Part shown: positions 16,283 to 29,529 of the stretch, piece by piece
How the letters are laid out: the number at the start of each line of letters is the position of its first letter
Numbering within the stretch: position 1 is the stretch's first letter
Origin: Octopus vulgaris
Lineage: Eukaryota
Length of the DNA stretch: 64,000 nucleotides
NCBI GenBank assembly: GCA_951406725.2
Contig: OX597814.1
Location: forward strand, 131,192,001-131,256,000
Direction: 5' to 3'
The notes under the pieces: model-generated
The model's input: only the letters and a program-made list of their open reading frames with translations
What the model was told of the DNA's origin: nothing
Database searches by the model: none
Position numbers and translations under genes: made by a program

Positions 16283-16483
16283 TTTTAGTCATTAGACTGA
16301 GGCCATGCTGGAGCACCGCCTCGAAAAATCTTCAGTCGAATGAGACGACCCCAGTATTTATTTTTAAGCTTGGTTCTTATTCTATCAGACTCTTTTGCCA
16401 AACCGTTAAGTCTAGGGGACGTAAATACCAGTTGCCAAACGGTGGTGGAGGATAGACAAAGACACACACAGGTACACACACAC

Positions 16484-16561
<78 letters not shown>

Positions 16562-16705
16562 GGCGGCCTTCTTTAAGTTTCCGTCTACCAGATCCACTCG
16601 CAAGGCACAGGTCAGCCTGAATCTATAGTAGAAGACACTTGCCCAAGGTGCCACGCTGTGGGACTGAACTCGGAACCACGGGGTTGGAAAGCAAGCTTCT
16701 TTACG
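16283..16705 (-). mobile_element. SINE family B (diverged)
   Basis: Homology to the other family B copies. Confidence 0.85.
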
Positions 16706-17255
16706 CACATGGAAGCATGCTAATGCGGTGTGTATATACATATATATATTTATATAACAAATATTTATATATCTATGTATATACATACATACGCATGCAC
16801 ACACACACACGCACACACACGCTTATCTATATATATCTATATATATATATATATATATATTACATTATATTACATTATATCATGTTAAATTTCATTTTCG
16901 TGTTACTGTCATTATTACACTCAATAATTTATTGGAAAAACTTTTTATGATTAAATGTCTCCCAATATTTTTGTCTCCCGATTTGTGTCAATATTACATT
17001 CTTTACAAGCAACTATACATTTCCAATATGTTTAGCATTTATGCAAAATTAGTTTTCCAATCGAATCAGTAAAATTGCATAAGTGCTGTTCCGTTACAAT
17101 TCAGAAACATTGCTTGACGTACGAGTCTTCCATAAACACACACACCAGCACACTTTTATATTAATTTTATGACTTAAATATATTGCTTAAAATGCCAGTC
17201 TTCCTATAAACATACAACCGCACATTTACATTATATCGTATTATACGTGTGTGCG

Positions 17256-17307
<52 letters not shown>

Positions 17308-17389
17308 CATACACACACACACACAGAGAAAGAGATGGAGATAGAGAGTTTACCTATCTATCTATCTATCTATCTATTTATCTATCTCA

Positions 17390-17435
<46 letters not shown>

Positions 17436-17463
17436 AATACATATAAATAAATAAATATATATA

Positions 17464-17849
17464 TTCTTTTATTCTTTTACTTGTTTCAGTCATGTGACTG
17501 TGGCCATGCTGGAGCACCGCCTTTAGTCGAGCTAATCGACCTCAGGACTTATTCTTTGTTAGCCTAGTATTTATTCTATTTGTTTCTTTTGAGCGCTAAG
17601 TTACGGGGACGTAAAACACACCAGCATCGGTTGTCAAGCGATGGTGGGGGGACAAACACAGACACAAAAACGTATACACAGACATACGTATATATATATA
17701 TATATGTACATAAATACGATGGGCTTCTTTCAGTTTCCATCTACCAAATTCACTCACAAGGCTTTAGTCGCCCAAAGTGCGACGCAGTGGGACTGAGCCC
17801 GGAACCATGTGGTTCGTAAGCAAGGCACTTACCACACAGTCCTACGCCT
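17464..17849 (-). mobile_element. SINE family B
   Basis: Homology to the other family B copies. Confidence 0.88.
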
Positions 17850-17916
17850 TAAATCGTTAGCTCCTGCACGCATTTTTTTTCTCTACTTGTTTCTCTCCGT
17901 GTTTCTTTTCTGTGTA

Positions 17917-17954
17917 TCTTTCTGTTGAAGAGCGTAGGCTCGAAACGTAAAAGA
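17917..17954 (+). ncRNA. Minimal type-I hammerhead motif (core variant CUGUUGA) in a short PLE-terminal element at 17853-18052
   Basis: UCUUU CUGUUGA A GAGC-GUAG-GCUC GAAA CG UA AAAGA: 5-bp stem I, 4-bp stem II, palindromic ACGU stem III. Confidence 0.7.
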
Positions 17955-18050
17955 CTTGTTTTATTTCTATTCCTGAGCGCCATACTAATACAATTGTTTG
18001 TTTGTACTCCACCTGCCTTCGTCTTTTTTTTATTTTCATAAGCTTCCCGT

Positions 18051-18086
<36 letters not shown>

Positions 18087-18191
18087 CTTTAATAAGATAT
18101 ATATTATATATATCAAAAGGTAGATACAAAAGAGGGTGTAAGATTAACTGCATTGAAGAAAGTTCGATTCTTGAATTCAATTACTTAACCG

Positions 18192-18242
<51 letters not shown>

Positions 18243-18260
18243 ATATATTATATATATACA

Positions 18261-18558
18261 TTGTTCTTCTCGAGCAATGCCCAGCTCATAAGGGCCGGTT
18301 TCCCGGATTCCTTAGCGTATAGGTTCCCCACCTGGACGGGACGCCGGTCCGTCGCACGTGAGCTGCAAGATGCAGGAGGAAAGAATGAGAGAAAGTTGTG
18401 GCGAAAGAGTCAGCAGAAGTTCGCCATTAACTTCTGCCGGAGCCGCGTGGAGCTTAGGTGTTTCGCGCATAAACACACACATCGCCCGGTCTGAGATTCG
18501 AACCCGCGATCCCTCGACCGCGAGTCCGCTACTCTAACCACTGGGTCATGTACCTCCA
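18261..18558 (-). mobile_element. SINE family C-type head with an alternative tail
   Basis: Close homolog of 62321-62608; tRNA-like head ..ccagtggttagagtagcggactcgcggtcgagggatcgcgggttcgaatctc on the minus strand. Confidence 0.88.
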
Positions 18559-18597
18559 CACACACACACACACGCAAACACACACACACACACGCAA

Positions 18598-18662
<65 letters not shown>

Positions 18663-18675
18663 CATACATACATAC

Positions 18676-18706
<31 letters not shown>

Positions 18707-19156
18707 TGTATGTATGTATGTATGTATGTATGTATGTATGTATGTATATGAATATTATCTTGAACTTAACGAGGACGTTGTATGAAAATATAGAATACTG
18801 CATCATTTACCTTGACAAGACCTTGCATGTGGATTCGTGGTGCATGAATGCACTCGCATTTACATCGTAGACCGACGGGAGCCGTCTGCTACGACCTACG
18901 GAATTGCCAGATCACGTCAATTCGCCCAGTTTGGGGCTCCTCAGATACAGACATCCAGTTACGACATAACGACCGAATCTCCCATTAACAATACATCGAA
19001 TAAGAGTGTATATTAAGGCACTAATGTCGCAAATAGCCAGTGGACTCATTAGAAACTAATTAATAGCGATTGAAGCAGTGTTAATACGGAAAAGGCAATC
19101 TTTATCGCCAACTTAAAATAGAAGCTGTGTTAGAACACAGACTACTGTGTATTATT

Positions 19157-19555
19157 CTTTTCTACTCTAGGCACAAGGCCCGACATTTCTGGATAGGAGC
19201 CATTCGATTAGATCGGCCCCAGTACGCAACTAGTACTTAATTTATCGACTCCAAAAGGATGAAAGGCAAAGTCGACCTCGGCGGAATTTGAACTCAGAAC
19301 GTAAAGACAGACGAAATACCTATTTCTTCACTACCCACAGGGGGCTAAACACAGAGAGGACAAACAAGGAGAGACAAACGGATTAAGTCGATTATATCGA
19401 CCCCAGTGCGTAACTGGTACTTATTTAATCGACCCCGAAAGGATGAAAAGGCAAAGTCGACCTCGGGCGAATTTGAACTCAGAACGTAGCAGCAGACGAA
19501 ACACCGCTAAGCATTTCACCCGGCATGCTAACGTTTCTGCCAGCTCGCCGCCTTA
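19157..19555 (-). mobile_element. SINE family A dimer with 14-bp TSD
   Basis: TSD tactgtgtattatt at 19143-19156 and 19557-19570. Confidence 0.9.
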
Positions 19556-19580
19556 ATACTGTGTATTATTTACCTTGAGA

Positions 19581-19790
19581 ACGGCGGCGAGCAGACAGAA
19601 TTGTTAGCATGCCGGATAAAATGCTTCGTAGTATTTCGTCCGTCTTTATGTTCTGAGTTCAAATTCTGCTGAGGTTGACTTTGTCTTTCATCCTTTCGGG
19701 GTCGATGAAAAGAGTACCAGTTACACACTTGGGTCGATGTAATCGACTAGCCATCTCCTACCAAATTCCAGGCCTTGTGCCTTTAGTAAA
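19581..19790 (+). mobile_element. SINE family A (diverged), head-to-head with the previous copy
   Basis: Head cggcggcgagcagacagaattgttagcatgccgg. Confidence 0.85.
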
Positions 19791-19799
19791 AATGTGTAT

Positions 19800-20225
19800 T
19801 TGCCTTCAGCAAACCACAGAACAACTGCTTTTTATGCATTACATGTCCTCATGGGAGGTCTTCTAATGGTAAATAACGCAGTATACTCTGGGTGAATAGC
19901 GGCTAAGGCCCTTCTAATTCCTTGCTGGAAGAATCCCGGCGGACAGAGTTAGCTGTATCCTTTCCTGCTTGCCATGGTTTCGTAGTCTCCGTTGGAGTTG
20001 TCCATATCACATCTTTCAGCTTTTACAGTGTTCACAGGGTACTGAGCAGTAGTCATGATGTCGATATTTTGATACTCGGCACGATTCATTATGACACGGG
20101 TAGATCTTTTTCAATATTAGATAGCTTCCTCTCCTCCGTGTTAGGTAACTTTCTCTCAACTACGCTTCAATCTTTATGCTCTCCAACACTGTTGACTGTT
20201 CATGAGTATCTCAAATGGTGCCTTA
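19800..20225 (-). mobile_element. Highly degenerate RTE-like LINE 3' coding remnant
   Basis: Minus strand with frameshifts: STVLESIKIEA*L and YGQLQRRLRNHGKQ, resembling the RTE C-terminal SIEA.L and LYG.L..G.R..G.Q motifs. Confidence 0.5.
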
Positions 20226-20430
20226 AAAAAACACATAAAAAACCTCAGGAGACATAAACGATCGTCACATTTAGCATTTCGCCCGCACACCCTCTCTCTC
20301 TAAATATAGCATGTGTGTGTGTATGTGTGTGTGCATGTGTACTTACGTGAGTGTGTGTGAGCGTGCGCGCGCGCATGAATGCGAATATATATGTATGTGC
20401 CTGTGTGTTAAATTATGTATACATTTTTGC

Positions 20431-20476
<46 letters not shown>

Positions 20477-20740
20477 ATATATGTCTAAGGAAACCTAAAA
20501 CTGAAAGGAAAATATAATAATGTAAGCATCATACTCTTATGCATTCAACGTGTAGAAAAAGAAGCGGTGAATCTTCTGACGGACCGTTTCGCAAATTGTT
20601 GACCGCTCCTCAGAGAAAACATATCCTATTTCCTACTGTATCAAAAATTTAGAACATTCATTTGCTACAGATGTAAATTAAGCTAGCCCCTACGACAATA
20701 ACTTAATTTATGACTGCTTCATATTAGGGCTAAATAATAC

Positions 20741-20785
<45 letters not shown>

Positions 20786-21514
20786 TACATATATATAATA
20801 TATATATACATACATATATATATATAATTGGTCCCTCTCGTTCTCTTTCTCTCCTACATGTGTGTATGTACACACACACACACATATATAATTATTTTCA
20901 GGTTCCAATAGAATCAAAGTATGTTAATAACAAGGGCACCAAAGTAGAGCCAAGGATAGCATATCTGTGTATTAACGGACTGTACGAACACTCACGTACT
21001 TACTAAAGCATGTACGGATTTGTCATTCCAGTTACGCAAGCATTCACAATTATACACTAAATTCACCCGACGCATATGTAAACTCACATAAGAGTACACC
21101 ACGGCAAATACTCTACGGTTCGCTGTAGGAAAACACCGAGTATGGTGTAGTATAAATTATAACACAATTGGTCTGAGCTTCTCTACAGCTGTTTCAAACG
21201 TGTTTTTTATTAATTGATGAACAAATCTATTACATCAGGTACAAAAAAAAATTTTCTTCTGGTGAATTAAAAATAACAATAAATAAATTTAACATTTAGG
21301 AATTTCCACGCCAACAGTATAGGATTCATATTGGTTCTCTTATCTCTCATCAATAAAAAGCACGTGTAAAACAGGTGTAGTGAAAATCCACTCATTTACA
21401 TTATGATGTGTGTGCATGCACGCGCGTACATGTGTGCGTGTATGTGTGTTTACATGTACACATGCACACGCACATATATATATATATACATATATTTACA
21501 TATATACATATATA

Positions 21515-21746
21515 CAGGGTTGGCCAAAAGTCACCCGTCAGTAAATCAAAATTCCATAAATACTATCTGTAATTCTGTATTGACTCAAATGGAAGAATGC
21601 GTCTCTCAAGAGGGACTTTAGTTTGAACAATTTTCATGATGTTTCATATTCATATGCTTTTATGAAATTCATTCAATTGTTAAATGTTAATAGATCTTGG
21701 AATTAAACGGATTTGATTTACTGTCAGGTGAATTTTGGCCAACCTT

Positions 21747-21747
<1 letters not shown>
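21515..21747. mobile_element. Tc1/mariner-derived MITE
   Basis: TIRs cagggttggccaaaagtcacc..cagtaaatcaaa / tttgatttactg..ggtgaattttggccaacc, TA flanks; internal MEECVSQEGL*FEQ resembles a Tc1 C-terminus. Confidence 0.85.
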
Positions 21748-21779
<32 letters not shown>

Positions 21780-21783
21780 CATA

Positions 21784-21825
<42 letters not shown>

Positions 21826-21826
<1 letters not shown>

Positions 21827-22086
21827 TGATAAAAATGGTAAGACAACAAAAGAAAGAATGAAACCTCGATATTATGAAAACAGAGGAATTTATCTGTAAA
21901 TGTAATATGTGACAATTATTCGGTAGCCATGATAAAACTCCGAGTTTCGGATGCCGAGGTGGAAATCCACGCTGCCATCTCTTCAGTTATAGATGGCCGG
22001 ATAACTGAAGTGATGGCGGCGTGGATTTCCACCTCGGCATCCGAAACTCGGAGTTTTATCATGGCTACCGAATAATTGTCACATAT
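21826..22086 (-). mobile_element. PLE-terminal fragment with an inverted copy forming an 86-bp-arm palindrome
   Basis: Arms 21905-21990 and 22001-22086, 2 mismatches, 10-nt loop; flanked by (TA)n. Confidence 0.8.
21932..21990 (-). ncRNA. Type-I hammerhead motif (mirror copy at 22001-22059 on + has CUGAAGU)
   Basis: AUAA CUGAAGA GAUG..GUGG-AUUU-CCAC..CAUCC GAAA CUCGGAG UU UUAU. Confidence 0.72.
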
Positions 22087-22092
22087 ATATAC

Positions 22093-22123
<31 letters not shown>

Positions 22124-22155
22124 TGTATGCATAAGTATATACATATATATGTGTA

Positions 22156-22191
<36 letters not shown>

Positions 22192-22285
22192 TGTATGTAT
22201 GTATGTATGTATGTACACATGTATGTGTGTGTAGCGGTGCCCCAATATGGCCACAGCTGAAATAAGTAAGCTTATCTCCGCGCGC

Positions 22286-22319
<34 letters not shown>

Positions 22320-22946
22320 CTATGTATAGGCACCATATGCTCAAACGAAAAAAAAATAATAAATGAATATTTAAAATATAGACGAAAAAAATTACAAATG
22401 TTTGTTTATATAGAACTAATCAAATATTATTTATTAAAGAATAAATCCAGCGACGTCTATAGAATCTGCATTATATGTATACAACGAAAATAATTGAAAC
22501 TTTTAACAGAGTTTATGTTTTGTTTTTTCCTGTCTATGCTGTATATGTGTATATTATTTGACTCCTAAAATATTCTGCTACATGTAGTCATGTAAATATT
22601 TACATATGCGTATGCAAATGTATGCTGTATGTAAATATGTATCTTTATATCTGCGTGTGTATGAATGTGTGTATGTGTGTAAGTGTTTGTATGTGGTTCT
22701 TATACGTGTTTGTCTGTGTATGGAAATAAGTATGCCGATGCATATGAATTTTGCTTAGATCTGTTTTTTTATACGTTTGTACGTGTGTAGGCGTATGTAA
22801 ATAGTCCTCTGTGTGTATGTGTGCGTGTGTGTGTGTGTGTGTATAAATATGCATATTTGTGTATGAGTAAGAATTTCTGCGTAGGTATTTCTGTCGGTAT
22901 ACGTGTTTTTCGAAATATGTTTTGGTATGGATGTAAACACATGTAC

Positions 22947-22984
<38 letters not shown>

Positions 22985-23064
22985 TGTGTGAGCGTGTGTG
23001 TGTGTGTGCGTGTGAGCGCGTGTGTGTTTGTATGCGCATGTGCGTAAATATGTATACGGCTACA

Positions 23065-23100
<36 letters not shown>

Positions 23101-23138
23101 TGTATGTATGTATGTATGTATGTATGTATGTATCTATG

Positions 23139-23169
<31 letters not shown>

Positions 23170-23235
23170 ATGTGTGTGTGTGTGTGTAAATACATAGATA
23201 GATAGAGATATATAGATAGATATAGATATATACAT

Positions 23236-23269
<34 letters not shown>

Positions 23270-23298
23270 GCACACATAAATGCATATATATGTGTTTG

Positions 23299-23350
<52 letters not shown>

Positions 23351-23352
23351 CA

Positions 23353-23438
<86 letters not shown>

Positions 23439-23519
23439 GTATGTGTGTATATATATATATATACACACATAAATGCATATATATGTGTTTGTATATATAT
23501 ATATATATGTGTGTGTGTG

Positions 23520-23591
<72 letters not shown>

Positions 23592-24424
23592 TATACATAC
23601 GCATATATCTATAAATGTATACATATTTATAAACGCATTAATGCATACTTACACATCTGTGTATGTAGGTGTGCATGTATGTGTGCATGTATGTACGTAT
23701 GTATCAATGAAAATATGAAATCTAATGCAAATCAGAAATAAAGTATCTTATCGAATTTGACACAGACAGCAAAAATATAAAAATAAAATTTTTCTCACCA
23801 GTATCAACGGTAGGCACGTGCCGTCAGGGTAGGCAGTAGGCATCATATAATAAAATGTCAACAAAAAGTCTTATCACTGTGAGACATTACGTGAAAATAT
23901 TTTAATAACAAAATATAACTGCAATATATATATATATATATATATATAGTTTCCTCCAAGTAAGTTTATATATATATATATATATACATACATATATGTG
24001 TGTGTGTGTGTGTGTATGTATGTATGCATTTATGTATGTATGTGTGTGTATGTATGTATGTATGTATGTATGTAGGTATGTATGTGTGTGTGTCTGTTTT
24101 TATGTATTTATGTGTGTGTATGTATATATCTATGTATACGTATGTGTGTATGCATGTATGTGTGTATGCATGTATGTGTGTATGCATGTATGTGTGTATT
24201 TGTATGCATGTATGTATTTACGTATGTATGTGTGTATTTGTATGTATGTATGTGTGTTTATGTATGTATGCATATATCTATATATATGTATGTGTGTATG
24301 TATGTATATATGTATGTATGTATATATCTATTTATGTCTGTATGTATGTATGTATGTATGTATGTATGTATGTATGTATGTATGTATGTATGTATGTATG
24401 TATGTATGTATGTATGTATGTATA

Positions 24425-24870
24425 TAAAATACAAAATGGGACAAGAATGCAAAACATCTGGACAACTAGGTGATACAAAAAGGGACAACAAAACATCCAG
24501 ATAGACGATACAAAGAAAACAAAGACAGGTCATTCGAAGTTTTCTATCTTCAGTCAAGAACCAGATTATCCTCGCAACTTCGGCTGATTATTCTTGAGAT
24601 TGCTCCAATCTGGCCAGCCCCAAGGAAAAACTAAGCTAAGAGCATTAGATTCCTTGGAAGAAAGCATCGAATGTATACAAAAACAAGGACGGAAAAAACG
24701 GACAATGTTGCACAAATATAACTACAATAAAAAATACAATAAAAATAATAACAGGACATAACAACAGGTGTCTTTCGACTAAGGACGAATTGAATTAAGC
24801 TGGCGCGTGTGAAAATGAAGCCTTACAGCAGAGATACAAAACTTTCACAAACAAGGGGGGAAATGTCGAT
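24425..24870. mobile_element. Interspersed repeat, probable PLE-terminal fragment
   Basis: Homologous to 39305-39450 (cattcgaa..tcttcagtcaagaacc.gat.atc..ttcgg.tgatta.tcttga); embedded in microsatellites. Confidence 0.55.
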
Positions 24871-26236
24871 TGTATGTATGTATGTATGTATGTATGTATG
24901 TATGTATGTATGTATGCATGTATGTATGTATGTATAGAATGAGTTTAGCACAACTCCAATATTTGTTACAATTGTTTCTGCACCTCTCTGTTTCTAACCT
25001 CATTGATTGTAGATGATTATATTTGAAAAATTACACAATATGCGTGGTTAAGTATGTCAAGGTGCCACTTCATCAGGCTCGCATTAAGTTGTGCCTCTTT
25101 CCCATTGCGTGGTGCGTATGTGTTTGGCATTGCTTCTAGAGGGCGGAAACAGATCAGTGTGTGCCACTTAGTAATAATGATGGCTTTAAATTTTGACACA
25201 AGGCCAGCAGCTTTGGTGGAGTCGGTAAATTGATTACATCGAGCCCAGTGTTCAACTGATATTAATTTCATTGACCCCGAATGGGATGAAAGGCAAGGTC
25301 GACTTCGGTGAAATTTGAACTCAGAAATTGTGGTCATTTAATTAGTGAGAAATAGCAGCCAAATATCAAATTTCCTACAAATTACATTCTGCAATATATA
25401 TAAAAACAAAATAAGCGCACATTGGATAATGCTGTACTAGATTCACTATGTCTCAATAAAAAAGAAACGGGATGGTCATGACTAGAATGTCTTTCATCAT
25501 AAATCTGCACTAAAAGCTCTAGGGTGGACACAAATAATGCCAACAACAACATAAAGGAGTGGATGGTGCTTAATAGCTGAATAATTGGTGCATGAAGTGG
25601 AGCAGCAGTAAATGAATGATGGAGTGTTTGGTAATGGAAACATTGATGGCTATGAGATGTTTTAGCACAGCTGTTTTGGCGCTGCTTATTTGGGTCAAAT
25701 GTCGCTAAGCATTTTGCCCGGCGTGCTAACGATTCTGCTACCTCACCGCCTTAATAACAACAACAACAACAACATTTAATATAATCCTTCCTACTTAAGG
25801 CCTCAAATTTTGGGGGAGGGGACTAGTCGATTATATCGATCCCCAGTGTTTCACTGGTACTTTAATTTATCGGCCCCGAAAGGATGAAAGCAAAGACGAT
25901 CTCGGCGGAATTTGAATTCAGAAGGGCGAAACACCTCTAAGCGTTTCGTACAGCGTGCTGAAAACAGTGTAAAGATAGGATAAAGATAAACCATCATTTA
26001 CGAGTAGTCCTTAAGCGGGAAACCTGATCGGAATTGTATCGGAGTGGATCTTTATTGTACTAAAGGATCAGGTATTTAAACCGACCAATTGATTATGTCT
26101 GCCAGAGAGAAAAAGAAGAAAAAAAACAGTCTGGAGGAAGATTCAAGAACAGTGGTTTTCACCTAGAGTCCTTATGACCATTAAGGTTCCATATAAGATT
26201 TTCTTGTTAAAAATTATGTGCAATGAATTAGTTATA

Positions 26237-26754
26237 CGCGGTGTCCCAAAAGTCGCTGACAGGTTTCAATTTTTAATAAGTTCCTTCACTTTACAAATAG
26301 ATGCTTGAAATTTTGATACAATATAAAGGACATCATGGAAATTAATATCCACAAATCAAATTTTGCAACACCGCTACATCATATATGAAATATGGCATCG
26401 CTTAAATGGCATCCATTTTTGGCTTCGCCTGCCCGTGTTCTTTCCAAAGCTTGCACCATAACACCCGCAAGAGTTTCAGACCCCACTTCTCCGATTTCTC
26501 TACTGATGTTCTCTTTCAGGTCTCCGGTTTGTTGACGTAAACTCTCTGTTTCAAGTATACCCACAAGGAAAGTCCGGGCTAGCCAAGTCTGGGGAATGTG
26601 AAGGCCATTCAAAGTAAACTTCACACAAGGTTCCAGCAAGATGGGGCAACTTGCTCATACTGCAAGAGAAACAACGCAGTTGCTACGGCAGTGCTTTGGA
26701 GAAAGAATAATCCCCCACTACGGCAATGTCAACTGGCCTTCACGTTCCCCAGAC
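26237..26754. mobile_element. Rearranged Tc1/mariner-superfamily transposon remnant
   Basis: TA plus cgcggtgtcccaaaagtc TIR; minus strand SPDLASPDF.LW.YLKQRVY..LKENISREI; plus strand [36 protein letters not shown]. Confidence 0.8.
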
Positions 26755-26792
26755 AGACAGACATACAGACAGATAGGTCGGTAGGTAGGTAA

Positions 26793-26855
<63 letters not shown>

Positions 26856-27009
26856 TGCACAAAAATAGATAGACAGGAGATAGAGAGACTGATAGACAGA
26901 CAGACAGACAGATAGATAGATAAATAGATAGATATGTAGATAGAAAAATCGATAGACATTAAGACAGACAAATAGACAGACAAACATTCAAACAGACAGA
27001 TAGACAAAC

Positions 27010-27099
<90 letters not shown>
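26752..27099. repeat. (GATA)n/(GACA)n microsatellite
   Basis: Read directly. Confidence 0.95.
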
Positions 27100-27100
<1 letters not shown>

Positions 27101-27524
27101 ATATTGATAATGATATTTTGTGTTCAAACAACATAATTCGAAGTGGGGTTTTACCTATATCGGCCGTAAGGATGCTTAGCTATGGATTTGATATTATCCA
27201 TAATGATGGTGAGCAAATTCATAAAATAATCTGAGGCCGTGAGACCATGTTACACGGAAACACTAAACCGAATATATCTAAATATGGAGAAGAGAAGGGA
27301 GAGAGAAATTCCGATTGTGTAAAAGCGGAGTCAACAACAGCAGATATATTACAGCCATAATAATAGTTCTATTGTTTTATTGCAACACGACCTCAGAGTA
27401 TTCCATGCATTTGTTTGCCATCACAGGGGATAACGGCAAACACATTGCTAATCCTTCTTGGTGCTGAAATATGTAAAACTCTAATTGGAAGTAAACTGAT
27501 TGAACACAGAATATCCACATCTTA

Positions 27525-27995
27525 CCAGGTTATCTATTCCTCAAAGACATACATCATCTCGAAAGAGTCCAGAAGCTGGCTACCCGCATGGTTCTTGGTC
27601 TCAAGCATTTGTCTTATGAAGAAAGGCTGAAGACGCTCGACCTTTATTCTCTAGAAAAACGACGACGCCGTGGTGATCTCATTCTTGCTCACAACATCAT
27701 AAGTGGAAAGTGTAACCTCTCGAAAGAGCTATTCTTCACTCCTGCTCCAGAGCGGCGGCTGCGGGGTCACTCCGAAAAGCTCTATCTGCGACGATTTCAT
27801 CTGAATCGAAGGAGAGGGGCTTTCTCCGTCCGGGTTGCGGATCCGTGGGATAAGCTGCCAGACGAGATAGTGAAGATGCCCTTGACCAGAAATGGCCTGA
27901 ACTCTTTGCATGAACACCACCCTGTACATAACTCCATGTCCCCCTACATGGCCTTGCTTTTTGCTTTTTGAGCCAAAAAATTAACTTAACTTAAC
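27525..27995 (+). mobile_element. CR1-type LINE 3' end
   Basis: ORF 27588-27971 LSYEERLKTLDLYSLEKRRRRGDLI..RGHSEKL..FSVRVADPWDKLP; (TTAAC)3 tail at 27981-27995. Confidence 0.88.
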
Positions 27996-28218
27996 ATCTA
28001 TACATCTTCCAAATAAAGGATTTGATTTCAGTTTGTCTCGTACTAATGATAGAACCACATCTGTGAGACCCTTCCTGGATACGAAGATGTGCTGAAAAAA
28101 CTTCTGGCTTTTAGGGTATCGCGGAAGGCCTGGCTGGAGGTCCAACATTCCCAGTTCTTTTATAGGGCTCAGAAAAACTGAAGGATCACTGTAATGTGTG
28201 TGAATTTGAGAGGAGAAT

Positions 28219-28580
28219 ACTCTTTTACTCTTTACTCTTTTACTTGTTTCAGTCATTTGACTGCGGCCATGCTGGAGCACCACCTTTTAGTACTTATTCT
28301 ATCGGTCTCTTTTTGCCGAACCGCTAAGTGACGGGGACCTAAACACACCAGCATCGGTTGTCAAGCAATGCTAGGGGGACAAACACAGACACACAAACAC
28401 ACGCATACATATATATATACATATATACGACAGGCTTCTTTCAGTTTCCGTCTACCAAATCCACTCACAAGGCATTGGTCGGCCCGGGGCTATAGCAGAA
28501 GACACTTGCCCAAGATGCCACGCAGTGGACTGAACCCGCAACCGTGTGGTTGGTTGAAGCTACTTACCACACAGCCACTC
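28219..28580 (-). mobile_element. SINE family B
   Basis: Homology to the other family B copies; (tactcttt)n tail. Confidence 0.88.
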
Positions 28581-29289
28581 ATGTGTTGAATTAATTCATA
28601 ACTGATTTTCTTGTATTTTCTTTTACCCCAAACCAGCTGACTCCTTCCCAACCCATAATTTGGTTAGAAAGAATAAAGTGAAAGTGCGTGGGCTTAGTGG
28701 TTAGGGCATTCAGTTCACTTGCTGATTCAGGAAAAAGACGCATTACTATAATCTTTGCAGGCACTCCGAGATAGTGAGGTTGATGCTGCTAGTACCCCGG
28801 TTAAACTGCTGCAGATCAACGTCAACGGGAAAGAGATGAGAAGGGTTAAGATTTCAGAGAGCTGATGTTCTGGGTCGGAAAGAATATGAATAGTGATTAG
28901 TGTGGCATCAGAGAGGGACGAAATAAGGGTGACGAGAAGTGGAGAGACGAGTGGGTCGGACGTGCTTGAAGGACGGCCATATGAGGTCTGGCAACCGGTG
29001 CCATCTTTAGGCGTTGGCACTCAGGGAAGTTGCCCGAGGGCCCTCGTATGTTTAGAAGTTCAGTTCTGATCTATGTAGGATGGGTCGGACGTGCTTGAGG
29101 GTTGCACATATGAAACCTGACTGCCAGTGCCGTCTTAAGGAGAGGGCACACTGGGCAGTTACTTGAGGGCCCTCATAGTTTTAGGCCCGTATGATGTGGC
29201 TTGATGTCAATAAATAAATACTATAGGGCCTAATGCAGTGACTGAGACACTGTGAGCAGTATGGTGATAGTAGTAACATTCTAAAAGTT

Positions 29290-29529
29290 GAAGGCGGCGA
29301 GCTGGCAGAAACGTTAGCACGCCGGGCAAAATGCTTAGCAGTATTTCGTCTGCCGGTACGTTCTGAGTTCAAATTCCGCCGAGGTCGACTTTGCCTTGCA
29401 TCCTTTCGGGGTCGATAAATTAAGTACCAGTAACACACTGGGGATCGATGTAATCGACTTAATCCATTTGTGTGTCCTTGTTTGTCCCCTCTGTGTTTAG
29501 CCCCTTGTGGGCAGTAAAGAAATAAGTAT
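29290..29529 (+). mobile_element. SINE family A, full-length monomer with 13-bp TSD
   Basis: TSD cattctaaaagtt at 29277-29289 and 29530-29542. Confidence 0.92.

Noticed and set aside
18816-19016. CpG-rich unique stretch with a 66-codon open frame on plus
   Set aside because: No recognisable domain; the minus strand weakly resembles a decayed LINE RT, so it is not called as an exon
19922-20257. 111-aa plus-strand ORF and a 46-aa minus-strand ORF with Yxx(I/M) motifs
   Set aside because: Better explained as antisense or off-frame readings of a degenerate RTE 3' end
24570-24626. GGCUG..CAGCC GAAG stem resembling a hammerhead stem II
   Set aside because: No CUGANGA core upstream
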